A stretch of DNA of 64,000 nucleotides from an uncultured Actinomycetota bacterium (GCA_963846395.1 CAWJVT010000008.1:775326-839325), one strand, 5' to 3'; numbered from the stretch's first letter, positions 10,082 to 21,501 are shown. Program-made: numbers and translations. Notes: generated by a model not told the origin, from the letters alone.

Positions 10082-11986
10082 TGCGTGCACCGCCCGAGCG
10101 CCATCACCGGAAAGATCAGGCGGTAGAGGTGGTACTTGATGTAGAAGTCCGACGGGAAGCCCGTACCCGTGTGGTGCAGCTCGTCCCAGCTGCCGTCCTC
10201 GCGCTGAGTCTCGACCAGCCACTCGACCCCGCGGCGCGTGGCCGCGGAATTTCGCTCGCCTGCGGCCTCGAGCGCCAACAGCGCCCAGGCCGTCTGCGAC
10301 GGTGTGCTCTCACCACGGCCGATCCAGGCGGGGTCGTCATATGAGCGGCAGTCCTCGCCCCATCCGCCGTCGGCGTTCTGGTGGTGCTCGAGCCAGCTGA
10401 CCGCGCGCCTGATCGCGGTGTGGGTCGTCGGCACGCCGGCCGCCACCAGCGCCGGTACGGTAGCCCCGGTCCCGTAGACGTGGTTGACGCCCCAGCGCCC
10501 GAACCACGAGCCGCCAGGCTCCTGGTTGTCGAGTAGCCAGCGCACCCCGCCCTGAGTGAGCGCGTCGGTCTTGCGGCCGAGCAGCCCGAGCATCTCGACG
10601 ATGTGCGCGGTGACGTCTGCGCTGGGCGGGTCGATCACCTCGCCGAAGTCGCAGAACGGCAGATCGCGGATCAGCGTGCGGCAGTTGTCGACGTCGAAGG
10701 CCCCCCAACCGCCGTCGGAGCTGCGCATCCCTTCGAGCCAGCGCACGCCGCGATCCATCGCCGTCCGCACGCGCAGCGGGTCGGGGTGGTTGACGGTGCC
10801 CAGCGCGATCACCACCTCGGCGGTGTCGTCGATGTCGGGATAGTTGGCGTTGGCGAACTCGAACGCCCAGCCGCCCGGCGCGAGCTGCGGCCTGCGTACC
10901 GCCCAGTCGCCCCGCTCGAGGATCTGCTGGTCCATCAGCCAGTCGGCGCCGCGCAACACCGCCTCGTGGTTGCCGGGCACACCGGCGTCATGCAGCGCAA
11001 TCAGCGATAGACACGTGTCCCAGACCGGGGACTGGCAGGCTTCGACCCGGCGAAAGTTCTCGTCGATCGTGAAGCTCTGCATGCCCGCCAGTCCACGAAT
11101 CATCACCGGGTGATCGAGCTGGTAGCCGAGCAGGTTCAGCGCGATCAGCGAGTACACCCACGGCGGCTGAATGCCGCCCCAGCCGCCGTCGGCCTCCTGG
11201 CGGTCGGCGATCCAGCGCCCGGCCCGGCTCAGTGCGGCGCGGCGCAGCGGCGCAAACGGGCGATCCTGATAAGCCTGAAGGACCTTGTCCAGCGCAACGA
11301 GCGCACGACCGAACGCCGAGGTTGCCATGGGAGGCGCCCAGGGCTCTGGCCCGTCGAGCTCGTGGAGCGTGAACGGGAGCGGCCGCACGGGACGCAGCGC
11401 CAGCACCACTGAGAGCGCCACCACGGTCTGGCGGGCCCAGCACGCGAAGTCATAGACGTTCAGCGGGAACCACTTGGGCAGGAAGATCATCTCGGTCGGC
11501 AGCGCGGGAACCTGAGTCCACGGCCATGCGCCGAACAGCGCTAGCCAGATGTGCGTGAACACGCGCGCCTGCTGCAGACCGCCGGCGGCGCGGATCTGCT
11601 CGGCCGCGCACGGCATGTGCGGCTCCTCTGGAAGATCTCCCGCGAGCCTCAGCGCGACATAGGACTCGATCGTCGTCGAGAGATCGGCCGGGCCTCCGTA
11701 GAAGTTGCTCCAGGTGCCGTCGTCGCGCTGCTGGGAGCGGATCCACACCGCGCAGCGCTGCGGTCGTCTCCGGCTCGCGGATCCCGAGGAACTCGCGCAG
11801 CAGCATGTCCTCGGCGTCCATCGTGACGTTGGTTTCGAGCTCGCCCTTCCACCAGCCGTCTGGCTCCTGCAGCGCAAGCAGCCTCTCGACGGCCCGCTCG
11901 AGCGCCTCCGCCGCCGGGTCCTCCGCACCGGCTGGGAAATCGTCTCTTGTGGTCAGCGCGTCGCGCGGGCGGCTAATGGCATCCAT
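10078..11986 (-). CDS. shc: squalene-hopene cyclase with one apparent frameshift near 11756
   Basis: The 616-aa ORF 10078..11928 carries QW repeats and the DVDNCRTL / GGWG motifs. The N-terminus (LLALQEPDGWWKGELETNVTMDAEDMLLREFLGIR) lies in ORF 11450..11986. A 1-nt indel is needed to join ..TTAA to RWIRSQQRDDGTW. Confidence 0.85.
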
Positions 11987-11991
11987 AATCT

Positions 11992-13446
11992 TTGCTTCCG
12001 AATCTGTTTCACCTGAAAGTGGATACTCCAGCCCCGAACTCCAGCGACTCCCATAAGTGGGAGATTAACGACCTGGCAACACTGCGCGCGGCACACGCCG
12101 GTCAGGCGCTCGCGCTGAACCAGCGCTATCTCAATCGTCAGCTCGGTCGGGTGCTGCAAACCCTGGGCTTCGATCGTGAGTGGGTCCGTGGCGAGGGCCC
12201 CTACCTGATCGACAACGCCGGCGAGAGCTACCTGGACCTCTACGCCGGCTACGGCGTGTTCGGCCTCGGCCGCAACCACCCCTTCGTCAAGGCGCAGTTG
12301 CATGCGCTTCTGGACAGCGATCCGCCGAGCCTGCCACAGCTCGGCGTCTCCACGCTAGCTGGTTTGCTGGCCGAACGCCTCGTCGAGTCGGCCCCGGCAT
12401 CGATCGATGCCGCCGTCCTCACCAGCTCGGGCACCGAAGCGGTCGAGGGGGCGCTCAAGCTCGCCCGGGCGGCCACCGGACGCTCACGGATCCTCTACTG
12501 CGAGCGGGGCTTTCACGGGCTCACCTACGGCTCGCTGTCGGTCAATGGCAACGACGAGTTCCGCGAGCACTTCGCCCCCTTCCTTCCGGGCTGCGATCCC
12601 CTGCCGTTTGGCAACCTCGACGCGCTCAAGACTGAGCTCGATCGCGGCGATGTCGCCGGCTTCATCGTCGAGCCTGTACAGGGCAAGGGCGTCTATCCGG
12701 CGCCCGACGGCTACCTGATGGGCGCCCAGCGGCTGTGTCGCGAGGCGGGCGCGCTGCTGATCCTCGACGAGGTGCAGACCGGCCTCGGGCGGACGGGCAG
12801 GTTCCTGGCGCTCGAGCACTGGGGCGTCGAGCCCGACATGATCACGCTCTCAAAGGCCCTGTCAGGCGGGTACGTGCCGGCTGGCGCGCTGCTCACGACC
12901 CGCGCGGTGTTCGACAAGACCTTCTACTCGATGGAGAGCAGCGTCGTGCACGGCTCGACGTTCGGCGGCAACGACTTTGCCGCGGGCGCCGGGCTCGCGA
13001 GCCTGATGGTCATCGAGCAGGAGGGCCTGGTCGCACGTGCCCGTGCGCTCGGCGAGCTGCTGCTGGAGCTGACGCTGCCGCTCAAGGAACGCTTCGAGAT
13101 CGTCCACGACGTCCGCGGCCTGGGCCTGATCTGGGGACTCGAGCTCGGGCCTCCATCCGGTCGCACCGCCCGGCGGGTGTGGGAGGCGATCGAGCGCCGC
13201 CAGCCCGGGCTGTTCGCCCAGATGGTGACCGTCCCGCTGTTCCGCGAGCATCACATCCTCACGCAGGTGGCGGGCCACCATATGAACATCATCAAGGCCC
13301 TGCCGCCGCTCACGATCCCCGAGCAGGATCTGCGCCGCTTTGCCTCGGCCCTCGAGCAGGTCCTGAGCGATGTCGAGTCGGGCCTGCTGCGCGGCTACGC
13401 GAGCCTCGGCCTTGACCTCGGGCGCCGCATGCTGTTCGCGCGTTAG
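11992..13446 (+). CDS. hpnO: class III PLP-dependent aminotransferase, probable aminobacteriohopanetriol synthase
   Basis: 484-aa ORF (TTG start; true start may be the GTG at about 12019) with class III aminotransferase features (LDEVQTGLGRTGRF, ITLSKALSGG). Divergent from shc, as in Streptomyces hopanoid clusters. Confidence 0.72.
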   Translation: MLPNLFHLKVDTPAPNSSDSHKWEINDLATLRAAHAGQALALNQRYLNRQLGRVLQTLGFDREWVRGEGPYLIDNAGESYLDLYAGYGVFGLGRNHPFVKAQLHALLDSDPPSLPQLGVSTLAGLLAERLVESAPASIDAAVLTSSGTEAVEGALKLARAATGRSRILYCERGFHGLTYGSLSVNGNDEFREHFAPFLPGCDPLPFGNLDALKTELDRGDVAGFIVEPVQGKGVYPAPDGYLMGAQRLCREAGALLILDEVQTGLGRTGRFLALEHWGVEPDMITLSKALSGGYVPAGALLTTRAVFDKTFYSMESSVVHGSTFGGNDFAAGAGLASLMVIEQEGLVARARALGELLLELTLPLKERFEIVHDVRGLGLIWGLELGPPSGRTARRVWEAIERRQPGLFAQMVTVPLFREHHILTQVAGHHMNIIKALPPLTIPEQDLRRFASALEQVLSDVESGLLRGYASLGLDLGRRMLFAR

Positions 13447-15049
13447 CGCAGCGCGGCCAGCAGGGCCGTGCCGTTGGGCACCCCCCAGCCGCTCACGGCA
13501 TCGAACCCGGGGCCCGCGCTGTAGCCCTTGCCGAGCGTCGAGGTGGTGTTATCGCCGCTGGTGACGTCGGTGCAGCCGGCCGCCCCCACGGTCTCGTTGC
13601 CCGCCGCTGTCTTTGCGTAGAGCAGCGGCGCCAGGAACTGCGCCTTCCACGGCTGCTGGGGCGCGGCAGCCATCCGCGCGATCAGCGCCGCCCACAACGG
13701 CGTGGACGCGCTGGTGCCGCCATTGGGCTGGTCCTGCCCCATGAAGATCAGGTCGTAAAACGGGGAACCCGCGAGCGCAGCGATGTCGGGCACCACCCGT
13801 CCGTCGATGCTTCCCGGGTTGATCGAGGTGATCAGCACGTCCTGCCAGCTGGGGCGTGGGAATACCACGCTGACCCCACCGCCCGTCGAGCCACCACCGC
13901 TGCCCGTGCGATAGCCCGGCGACTCCCACCAGACGATGTCGGTGTCGCCGGAGAGCATCGTCCCGCCGACCGCGAGCGTGTGCGGGCTCGATGCGGGAAA
14001 GTCGAGGTGGGCGCGACTGTCGCTCTCGGCGTCGGAGGAGCCGTCGTCGCCGGAGGAGACGCACACTGTGATGCCGAGCGCAGCCGCGGCCTGAAGCCGC
14101 TGATCGATCGCCTGCAGAGCTCCCTGCGACCAGTCCGGATCGTCCTCGGCGAGCCCCCAGCTGACCGATAGCGCGACCACCGGCGCGGGCTTGCCGGCCA
14201 CCAGCTCGCTCAGCAGGTCGACCCAGCCCTGCTCGTCGAAGGTCGAAAAGAAGACGATCTGATCGGCTCCAGGCGCCAAACCGGCGACGATCTGCACGTC
14301 CATGTTCACCTCGACGCTGTCGTCGAGCTCCTGCTGTTGCTGTTGCTGGGGCAGCTGTTGGATCTGGGCGAGCGTCAGGATCTGGGCGCCGTTGACGCTC
14401 ACTGTCGAGACCCGCGGAAGCGGCGTTCCCTGCTTGGCGCAGAAGGCCTGGAGGTCGTCCGCGAAGTAACCGCCACCGAACTCGGCGATCGCCACGGTCT
14501 GACCCGACCCGTCCCCGGCTGGAAAGGCGTAGTGGCTTGCCAGCTGAGCCGGAGACAGCGCCGGCGCGGAAGCGGCCTGTGCCTGCGGCAAAACCCTGCG
14601 ACGGCGGGCGACCCGGCGCTCGTCGAGGCCGAAGACGCCGGTCACCAGGCCCTCGAGTTCGGTCGGGATCTGGAGCTGGCCGTCGCGCCCGCGGAACTCG
14701 CCCTGTTCGGGGTGGCGGTAAACGCTCAGCGCGGGCAGAAACGCCCGCTCGAACTGGGCGACCGTGCCGCTGACCCGCAGGCTGCGGCTCAGCGGTGAGC
14801 TCTCCTCGACCGTCAGGCCGTAGCGCGCGAGCACTGCGGTGACCGTCGTGATCGTCTGCGCGATCGGCGCCGTAATCGCGCGCCAACTGCTCGACGCGTC
14901 AGTGGCTCGCCTGTGCCGACCTCGGGTAGCGGCGGGCCCGACAGCGTGATCGTTGCCTCGACCCGCTGGGCTGGATCGGCGTCGCGCAACCGCTCAGCGC
15001 CCGTCGCGGCGGGGCGCTCGCTGCCTGGCAATGGGACGTGATCTGGCAT
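13443..15049 (-). CDS. sedolisin/kumamolisin-like S53 serine-carboxyl peptidase with pro-domain; apparent frameshift(s) near 14845-14870
   Basis: ORF 13443..14834 has SGDDGS and GGTSASTPLWAALIA (the S53 catalytic serine motif). The pro-kumamolisin-type N-terminus (LRDADPAQRVEATITL) sits in ORF 14813..15049 in another frame. Confidence 0.7.
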
Positions 15050-15056
15050 CGGCCGC

Positions 15057-16311
15057 TCAGCTCAGCTTGATCGTCAGGCTGTCGGCCGCCGACGGCACGC
15101 CGGGGGCGGTGAACGCGAACGTGAGTGTGGGGGTCGCTGCGTTGCTCATGTCGACCGTGACCGTCAGATACCCGTATGCGAGCGTCGGGCCAACAAGCAG
15201 CGTGTAGTCGTTCCAGGTTCGCGGAGCCTCGCCCACCTGCTCCCCGCTCGGGACGCTGGTGTTGTGACCGCCGCTGCCCGCGACGATGTACGGGATCTCA
15301 CGCCCGCCGACGCTGCGCGAGAAGCGCTGATAGATGTGCGCGTGCCCGGACACCACCGCGTCCGGCCAGAACCCAGCCTGCTGGAACGCCCGATCGAGGT
15401 CGTTCGCGAGCCCCGTGGTGCCGCCGTGCCGGACGTCGGCGGAGGCAGGCGGGTGGTGGCAGGCGAGGATCACCGCGCGGTCCAGCGATTTGCGCAGCGG
15501 CGCGAGCCGCTCGAGCTCGCTCGACGAGCCAGCCGTACTGCTTGTCGCCCGTCAGCGCCGGATAGACGCCGCCCTCGTCCGTGATGACCCCCGGGCCCTC
15601 GAGCACGTTCGTATAGATCCCGATGATCGAGACCATGGGCGCGTCCAACGTGAAGTAGACGCCGGGCTGCGTCATCGTCGTGCGCGCCAGGCCGCCCGCA
15701 TCCGGAGGCTTGTCCGGCTCGGCTGTGCAGAAGTTCGCGATGAAAGCCTGCAGCGATGGAACGTCGGGCTGCGAGCCGCCGTGTGTGTAGGTCACGGCGC
15801 CGTCGTGGTTTCCGGGGATCGCGAAGATCGGCCGGTCGTAGGCCCGAAACGGCTCGTAGAACTGGTCGTAGTAGTACTCCGCCTCGCCGAAGTTGTAGAT
15901 CACGTCGCCGAGGTGAAAGCAGAAGGCCGGCGCGGCGGCGGCTCCAGCGATCGTGGAGGCCATCGCATCGGTCACGCTCGCCTCCTTGGAGATCGCCGCG
16001 GTGGAGGCTGCGCCGGTGTCGCCGACGGTGTGGAAGCTGATGCGCTTGGCCGCGGCGATCGGGGCGAGGAAGTCGGCACCGAGCACGTCCTCGAGTTTCA
16101 TCGGCCCCGATGGCGGTCCCACGGGCACGGGCTCGATGTCATTCTCGTGCTGCTTGTAGTAGGGCGAGTTGTAGTACTCGTCACTGGTGTTGTCGACCTG
16201 GAAGGCGGTTTCGTCCGGTCCCGGTGCGGGGTCGCCGAAGAGCTGGCCGCCGGGGCCTCGGAGGTTGCGGGTCCAGGGCGCGGTCGTCCCAGGGCGGACG
16301 GGGTCGGGCAT
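15057..16311 (-). CDS. metallophosphoesterase (purple acid phosphatase-like), apparent frameshift near 15525
   Basis: ORF 15298..16566 has the GDTG, GDVIYN and GNHD motifs; ORF 15057..15473 has GHAHIYQRF. The alternative frame reads LVERLAPLRKSLDRAVILACHHPP, which joins the two. Start MPDPV at 16311 lies just after the ABC permease stop. Confidence 0.65.
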
Positions 16312-16316
16312 CCCAA

Positions 16317-18848
16317 CTACTGTGTCGCAATTGCCTGCAGCACGTCGAGCTTGGCGGCACGCCGTGCCGGCCAGCTCGCCGCGCCGAGTCCAAGTAGCCC
16401 CGAGAGGACCAGGAAGACGATCAGGGTGACGTACGGCACCGAGAGCGCTGTGACCCCGTTGTTGCGCAGAGAGGACGCGAGCGCCAGGCCAAGTCCGGTG
16501 CCGACGACGATCCCCACAACTGCGCCGAACAGGGCGATGATGACCGACTCGGCGCGCACCATCCAACGCACCTGCTGACGTTCCATGCCAACGGCGCGCA
16601 GCAGCCCGATCTCGTGTGTGCGCTCGAAGACGGACAGCATCAGCGTGTTGACGATTCCGATCAGCGCGATCAGGATCGCGAGCGCGAGCAGGACGTAGAT
16701 CAGGTCGAGCAGCTGGTTGACGTTCTTCTGCTCCGACTGCACGAATTGGGCGCGGCTCTGAATGTTCAGATTGGGGTAGGCGCGCAGCGCCTGGTTGAGC
16801 GTCGACTCGAAATCGTGCGCGCCGGGGGCGCTGCTGATCAGGATGGCGTCGATCAGCGGGTGATCGAAGTGGGTCAGGAAGTAGCCGGCTCCCGTCAGGT
16901 AGCTGCCGACGAGCGGGTTGTACTTGTAGATCCCGCCGACGCGCATCGAGGTTGGTCCCGTCTCGGCGAAGGTCACCGGAACTACGGAGCCGACGTGCAG
17001 GTGCTTTGTCTTGGCCGTATCCGTGTCGATCAGCAGCTCCCCGCGGGCCATCGCCGCAGCGCCCTGACCGGCGACGAGGTCGAGTTTGACGGTGCGACTC
17101 AACGCGGCGGTGGACGCGGCGCCGAGGCTCTGGAGCGAGCCACGCACATCGAATTGGCCCGTGAAGACGACCGTAGTCGCCGCGGCGCCCGGGAGCCTGG
17201 ACGCGATCCTCGCAACCGTAGGGCTGATCGAGTCCGAGCCGCCGATGATGTAGTCGGCCGCGAGTGCACTGTTGACCTCGTCGGTCGCCGATGTCGAGAG
17301 CGAGCTGCCCAGTACACCGATCGTCGAGACGAGCGCCAGCCCGATCATCAACGCGCCGGCGGTCTGTGCGGTGCGGCGAGGGTTGCGTGCCGCGTTGCGG
17401 CGGCCGAGCCGACCCGAGACCCCGAGCACATGGGCGAGTGGCCTGCCGAGCGCGCTTGCCAGCGAGGCGGCGATCGCCGGTACCAGGGCGACCGTGGCGA
17501 TGAAAACGCAGAGCGCACCGAGCCCAACCGACCCGATCTTGGCTTTCTCCAAACCGCTGACCACCAGCAGCAATCCGAGCAGCCCGAAAATGGTGCCCGT
17601 CACCAGGCGTCGTCTTCCCAGAGTCTCCGTTCGGTCGATGTCGACATCGGTCAGCGCAGCGACTGGCGGGATCTTCACGGCGCGTCGCGCCGGCACGATC
17701 GATGAGAGCGTGGTCACACCGATCCCGACGATCAGCGCGACGATCGGCGTGCGCGCCCTGAACACGAGCGGCGCCGACGGCAGCGTGAGCCCAAAGGCGC
17801 CCAGCAGCGCCTTCAGCCCGACCGCCGCGACGACGCCCAGGCCCAGCCCGATCAGCGAGGCGATCACTCCGGTCAGCGCGGCCTCGCTCAGCACCGAGCC
17901 GAAGATCTGCCGGCGGCTGGCTCCGACCACCCGCAGCAGCGCCAGCTCCCGAGTGCGCTGACCGACGGTGATCGAGAAGGTGTTGAAGATCGTGAAGCTG
18001 CCAACCAGCAGCGAGATGAACGCGAAGATCAGCAGCGCGGTGGATAGGAACGAGAGGTCGTGTTGGATGGTCTTGTCGAGTTCGTTGGCAACGGTCTGGC
18101 CGCTGACCACCTCGACGTCGGCCGGCAGAACCCGCTGAATCTCGCGCTGCACCGTCACCTTGTCGGCTCCGGACTTGACGAGCACGTTGATCGTGTCGTA
18201 ACGACCGACGGAGTTGAACAGCCGCTGGGCCGTTGGCAGGTAGAAGGCCGTCAGCGTCGTCCCGGCGAGGCTGTTGGCGCTGCCGAAGGTCATGATCCCG
18301 GAGACCGTGAAGGTGCGGTGGCCGTTCGGAAGCAGTATGCGAACGCGGTCGCCGATGGCGATGTGGTGCTTCTCAGCGGTGCTCCGATCGACCAGGACCT
18401 CATCGTCGGTCGTGGGTGCCTTGCCGCTCACCAGCCTCAGCGCCGACAGCTGTGGGTTGGGGTCGAACGAGAAGCCGCTGGATGAACCGGCACTTCCGAT
18501 CGTGTTGCCGTCGCGGCCCACCAGCTGCGAATAGCCACTGACCGATCCGTACGCGAACTGCACACCGGGTAGCCGGCGCACGGCGGCGACAATTGACTGC
18601 GGCACGGCTCTGCGGCTTGCGGTCGAGTCGATCCCCTGGTTGCCGACACCGCTGAGCGTCTGCTTGCCGCGAATCTCAAAGTCGACGTGCTGGTAGACGT
18701 TCCCGACGAGGCTGTCGAAGGTGCGGTTGAGTGTGTCTCCGAGCACCAGCGTGCCGGTGACGAAGGTCACACCGAGCACGATCGCGAGCGCCGTGAGCCC
18801 GAGCCGAAGCTTGCGTGTCAGCAGCCCTCTGAGCGTGACCCGACGCAT
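16317..18848 (-). CDS. ABC transporter permease with two FtsX domains (MacB/YbbP-like, 843 aa)
   Basis: Long ORF with the repeated FtsX-type architecture (TM, extracytoplasmic domain, three TMs) present twice. Confidence 0.82.
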   Translation of the reverse strand: MRRVTLRGLLTRKLRLGLTALAIVLGVTFVTGTLVLGDTLNRTFDSLVGNVYQHVDFEIRGKQTLSGVGNQGIDSTASRRAVPQSIVAAVRRLPGVQFAYGSVSGYSQLVGRDGNTIGSAGSSSGFSFDPNPQLSALRLVSGKAPTTDDEVLVDRSTAEKHHIAIGDRVRILLPNGHRTFTVSGIMTFGSANSLAGTTLTAFYLPTAQRLFNSVGRYDTINVLVKSGADKVTVQREIQRVLPADVEVVSGQTVANELDKTIQHDLSFLSTALLIFAFISLLVGSFTIFNTFSITVGQRTRELALLRVVGASRRQIFGSVLSEAALTGVIASLIGLGLGVVAAVGLKALLGAFGLTLPSAPLVFRARTPIVALIVGIGVTTLSSIVPARRAVKIPPVAALTDVDIDRTETLGRRRLVTGTIFGLLGLLLVVSGLEKAKIGSVGLGALCVFIATVALVPAIAASLASALGRPLAHVLGVSGRLGRRNAARNPRRTAQTAGALMIGLALVSTIGVLGSSLSTSATDEVNSALAADYIIGGSDSISPTVARIASRLPGAAATTVVFTGQFDVRGSLQSLGAASTAALSRTVKLDLVAGQGAAAMARGELLIDTDTAKTKHLHVGSVVPVTFAETGPTSMRVGGIYKYNPLVGSYLTGAGYFLTHFDHPLIDAILISSAPGAHDFESTLNQALRAYPNLNIQSRAQFVQSEQKNVNQLLDLIYVLLALAILIALIGIVNTLMLSVFERTHEIGLLRAVGMERQQVRWMVRAESVIIALFGAVVGIVVGTGLGLALASSLRNNGVTALSVPYVTLIVFLVLSGLLGLGAASWPARRAAKLDVLQAIATQ

Positions 18849-18850
18849 GA

Positions 18851-19615
18851 TCAGACGTCGAGTCGCTTCATCTGCTCGAGCACCGAGTCAGCGGTTGGGT
18901 CGCGCAGCTCGCCGACGACTCTGCCATCGGCGAGGAACACGACTCGGTCCGCGTAGGCGGCAGCCGCCGGCTCGTGCGTGACCATCACGATCGACTGACT
19001 CTGCTCGTCGACCGCGCTGCGCATGAAGCCGAGCACCTCCGCCGAGGCGTTCGAGTCGAGGTTGCCGGTCGGTTCGTCGGCGAAGATCAGATCCGGTCGC
19101 CCGACCAGCGCACGCGCGCAGGCGACCCGCTGCTGCTGCCCACCGGAGAGCTCGCTGGGCCGGTGGCCCATGCGGTCGGCGATGCGCAAGCGGCCCACGA
19201 GGTAGTCGAACCACTCCCCGTCGACGGTGCGACCCGCGAGGTCTGCAGACAGCGTGATGTTCTCCTCCGCCGTCAGAGTCGGGATCAGGTTGAACGATTG
19301 GAAGATGAAACCGATTCGCTCGCGCCGCAGCTTCGTGAGACCGCCGTCATCGAGCCTGCCGATCTCCTGCCCGGCGACGAACGCCTGGCCGCTGGTGGGA
19401 ATGTCGAGCCCCGCCAGGCAGTGCATGAGCGTCGACTTCCCCGAACCCGAGGGCCCCATCACGGCCGTGAAGCGGCCCGCCTCGAACTCGACGTCGACCC
19501 CGTCCAGCGCGCGAACGGCGACCTCGCCGCTGCCGTAGACCTTGGTTAGCGCGACCGCACGCGCCGCCGCGGTTGCCGTCGTGGGTGCGACCGCTCCGAA
19601 GTCGTCGCCGCTCAT
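18851..19615 (-). CDS. ABC transporter ATP-binding protein (LolD/MacB-type)
   Basis: Walker [10 protein letters not shown], signature [15 protein letters not shown] and Walker [13 protein letters not shown]. Start MSGDDF overlaps the upstream permease stop (ATGA). Confidence 0.85.
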   Translation of the reverse strand: MSGDDFGAVAPTTATAAARAVALTKVYGSGEVAVRALDGVDVEFEAGRFTAVMGPSGSGKSTLMHCLAGLDIPTSGQAFVAGQEIGRLDDGGLTKLRRERIGFIFQSFNLIPTLTAEENITLSADLAGRTVDGEWFDYLVGRLRIADRMGHRPSELSGGQQQRVACARALVGRPDLIFADEPTGNLDSNASAEVLGFMRSAVDEQSQSIVMVTHEPAAAAYADRVVFLADGRVVGELRDPTADSVLEQMKRLDV

Positions 19616-20523
19616 CGGGACGCTCCCGCAGGCAGCCAGCTGAAGCGCCACGCACAGAAGGCGGCCGCGCCGGCCGCCCAGGCGGCGAGCACCAAGATGT
19701 CGGTCCCGTCGATCGAACCGCCGAAGCTGGTGTGCACCGAGGCGAGGTGCAGGCTGTTGGCCAGGTGCTGCACCGGGAACACGGCAGCCACGTCCTTCAG
19801 CCCGCGGCTGAGGCTCGCGATCGGGATGAACACACCGGAGATGAACCACAGCGGCAGCATGGTCATCTGGACCGTGGGCTGTGCCGCATCCTGAGACCCG
19901 ATCATCCCCGAGACCGCATAGCCGATGCAGGCAAACGCGATCGTCCCGACCAGCGTCGTGACCGCAATCGCGAGGATCGCCGGCCCAGCGATGCCAACGC
20001 CGTACAACAGCTTTGCGACCACCAGCAGGATCGCGGCAGTGATGCCGGTCGTCACGACCACCGCGAGCGCCTGACCGCCGACCAGCACCACGGCGGGTAC
20101 CGGCGTGGCACGGCGGCGCTTCAGAACCCCGTTCTCACGCAACCCTGAGATCAGGATCACCAGGCCCGCGTATGCGTTGACCACGATCGCCATCGCCAGG
20201 ATTCCAGGCACGTAGAAGACCTTGAGGCTCACGCGCTGACCATCGACGATGGTGTGACTGTTCCCGAAGACGCCGATGAACACGACGAGCAGCACAATCG
20301 GGAAGAAGATGCCCATGAACCGCGCTCGCGGGTTGCGCAGGCTGATCTTGAGGTCGTAGATGGCCTCGTGCATGAGTAGGGCCAGCGGTCCGCGTGTGGC
20401 CGCCGAGCGCGGGTCTTCCCTTGGTGTCCCGCTGGACACCAAGGTCGCTGCAGCGGCCGGCTCGACGCGCTGTGCCTGGCGCGCCCGCCACATTCGGATC
20501 AGGTGCTTGGTGAGGTAGTACAT
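19612..20523 (-). CDS. ABC-2 type transporter permease
   Basis: 303-aa ORF with six hydrophobic helices typical of ABC-2 permeases. Confidence 0.75.
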   Translation of the reverse strand: MYYLTKHLIRMWRARQAQRVEPAAAATLVSSGTPREDPRSAATRGPLALLMHEAIYDLKISLRNPRARFMGIFFPIVLLVVFIGVFGNSHTIVDGQRVSLKVFYVPGILAMAIVVNAYAGLVILISGLRENGVLKRRRATPVPAVVLVGGQALAVVVTTGITAAILLVVAKLLYGVGIAGPAILAIAVTTLVGTIAFACIGYAVSGMIGSQDAAQPTVQMTMLPLWFISGVFIPIASLSRGLKDVAAVFPVQHLANSLHLASVHTSFGGSIDGTDILVLAAWAAGAAAFCAWRFSWLPAGASR

Positions 20524-20532
20524 CGGGGCTCC

Positions 20533-21501
20533 CTAACGGCCTTGCGTCAGTTGCAGGTACACATCTTCGAGCGTTGGGCGGTTGACCTCGAGGCTGTCGA
20601 GTTCGAGGTCGTGATCGAGCGCCCACCCGGAAAGCTGGTGCACGTCCGCGGTGACCGTTGTGCTCGGCAGCCTCAGGCGTCCGTCAGCGTCGCTCTGCAC
20701 GCGCTCGGCCAGCGCCGATGGCAGCTCCTCGGGGGACACGCCGCCAGGCAGCCTGAAGCTGATCTGCGCAGCCTCGAGTTGCCGACCACCGAGCGTTTGC
20801 GGCGTGCCCTCGGCAACGATCTGGCCGGCGGCGATGACCGCGATGCGATCCGCCAGGCGCTCCGCCTCCTCCATGTAGTGCGTTGTCAGGAAGATCGTCT
20901 TGCCGAGCCGCCGCAGCCCATCGACAACCTCCCACGCGGCGCGACGCGCCGAGGGATCGAAGCCCGTGGTCGGCTCGTCGAGGAAGATCAGCTCCGGATC
21001 GCCGATCAGTGCGAGCGCTACGTCGAGCCTGCGGCGCTGACCACCTGAGAGCTTGGTCGCGCGCTCATCGGTCTGAGATGCCAGCCCGACGAGCGCAACG
21101 GTCTCATCGATGTTGCGCGGAGCCGGGTAGTAGCCGGCGTAGAGCGCGACGCACTCCCGCACCGTGAGGCCAGGCTCCGCCCCCGATTCCTGCAGGACGA
21201 TTCCAAGCCGAACGCGCCAGCTGCCGGAGGCCTGCCACGGGTCCCGGCCGAGCACCTCGATGCTCCCGCCGCTCGCCTGGCGAAACCCCTCGAGGATCTC
21301 GACCGTGGTCGTCTTGCCCGCCCCGTTCGGTCCGAGGAACGCGAAGATCTCCCCACGCCGAACCTCCAGGTCGATACCGGCGACGGCTTTGCGGTCGCCG
21401 TAGCGTTTCTGCAGGCCGCGGACACGGATCACCGTCTCGGCAGCGGCAGCAGCGTCATCTGTTGCAGCCGCCAAGGCCGCGTCGAGTGAGTTCGTGAACA
21501 T
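20533..21501 (-). CDS. ABC-2 type transporter ATP-binding protein
   Basis: Walker A GPNGAGKTT, signature LSGGQRRRLDVALAL and Walker B LIFLDEPTTGFD. Start taken as MFTNS at about 21501, because the upstream in-frame extension reads through the intergenic palindrome. Confidence 0.82.
   Translation of the reverse strand: MFTNSLDAALAAATDDAAAAAETVIRVRGLQKRYGDRKAVAGIDLEVRRGEIFAFLGPNGAGKTTTVEILEGFRQASGGSIEVLGRDPWQASGSWRVRLGIVLQESGAEPGLTVRECVALYAGYYPAPRNIDETVALVGLASQTDERATKLSGGQRRRLDVALALIGDPELIFLDEPTTGFDPSARRAAWEVVDGLRRLGKTIFLTTHYMEEAERLADRIAVIAAGQIVAEGTPQTLGGRQLEAAQISFRLPGGVSPEELPSALAERVQSDADGRLRLPSTTVTADVHQLSGWALDHDLELDSLEVNRPTLEDVYLQLTQGR

Noticed and set aside
14270-14345. CTG/CAG-rich tract encoding QQLPQQQQQQ in the S53 peptidase
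   Set aside because: Short low-complexity linker within a coding region, not a repeat element or CRISPR-like array.
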